Part shown: positions 57,447 to 57,473 of the stretch, in pieces | How the letters are laid out: each line of letters opens with the position of its first letter | How positions within the stretch are numbered: position 1 is the stretch's first letter | IMG/VR virus record: IMGVR_UViG_3300036985_006568 | Location: 1 to 57,473 of that record | Reading direction: 5' to 3' (one strand) | DNA: 57,473 bases | Source: a virus | Taxonomy: Duplodnaviria > Caudoviricetes | Program-made: the position numbers and the translations under genes | Notes under the pieces: generated by a model | The model's input: the letters and a program-made list of their open reading frames with translations, nothing else | The model's database searches: none | Told to the model about the DNA's origin: nothing

Positions 57447-57473
57447 CTCTTACCTCTGCTCTAATGCGGAACG
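57347..57473. repeat. Terminal direct repeat, copy 2
   Basis: Identical to 1-127. Confidence 0.95.

Noticed and set aside
57347-57473. Biological direct terminal repeat
   Set aside because: It is exactly 127 bp and falls within coding sequence, which is typical of assembler k-mer overlap on a circular contig

Overview
Apparently complete, circular-assembling tailed phage genome of about 57,346 bp. Bases 1-127 are repeated exactly at 57347-57473, most likely as an assembler overlap. I see no integrase, transposase or repressor, so it is probably lytic; the likely host is Gram-negative (inference). The + strand (17-45 kb) carries terminase, a Mu-like head module, a D3112/YuA-like siphovirus tail with a -1 frameshifting chaperone, lysis genes, fibre-like genes and a GT9 glycosyltransferase. 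The - strand carries replication genes (SNF2 and UvrD helicases, AEP primase, family A DNA polymerase) and many small early genes. The most notable element is a DNA base-modification cluster spanning the circular junction (52.4-57.3 kb and 1.2-5.8 kb). It contains a thymidylate-synthase homolog with the dCMP-type Asp, a dCMP deaminase, a divergent aGPT-Pplase1/5hmU-DNA-kinase-like protein, a tautomerase-wHTH fusion, a kinase-UDG fusion, a MazG-like pyrophosphatase and three methyltransferases. Also notable is an inverted early cassette between terS and terL, preceded by tandem sigma54-type promoters and punctuated by three identical 69-bp hairpin repeats. All family assignments come from motif recognition by eye; no searches were run.
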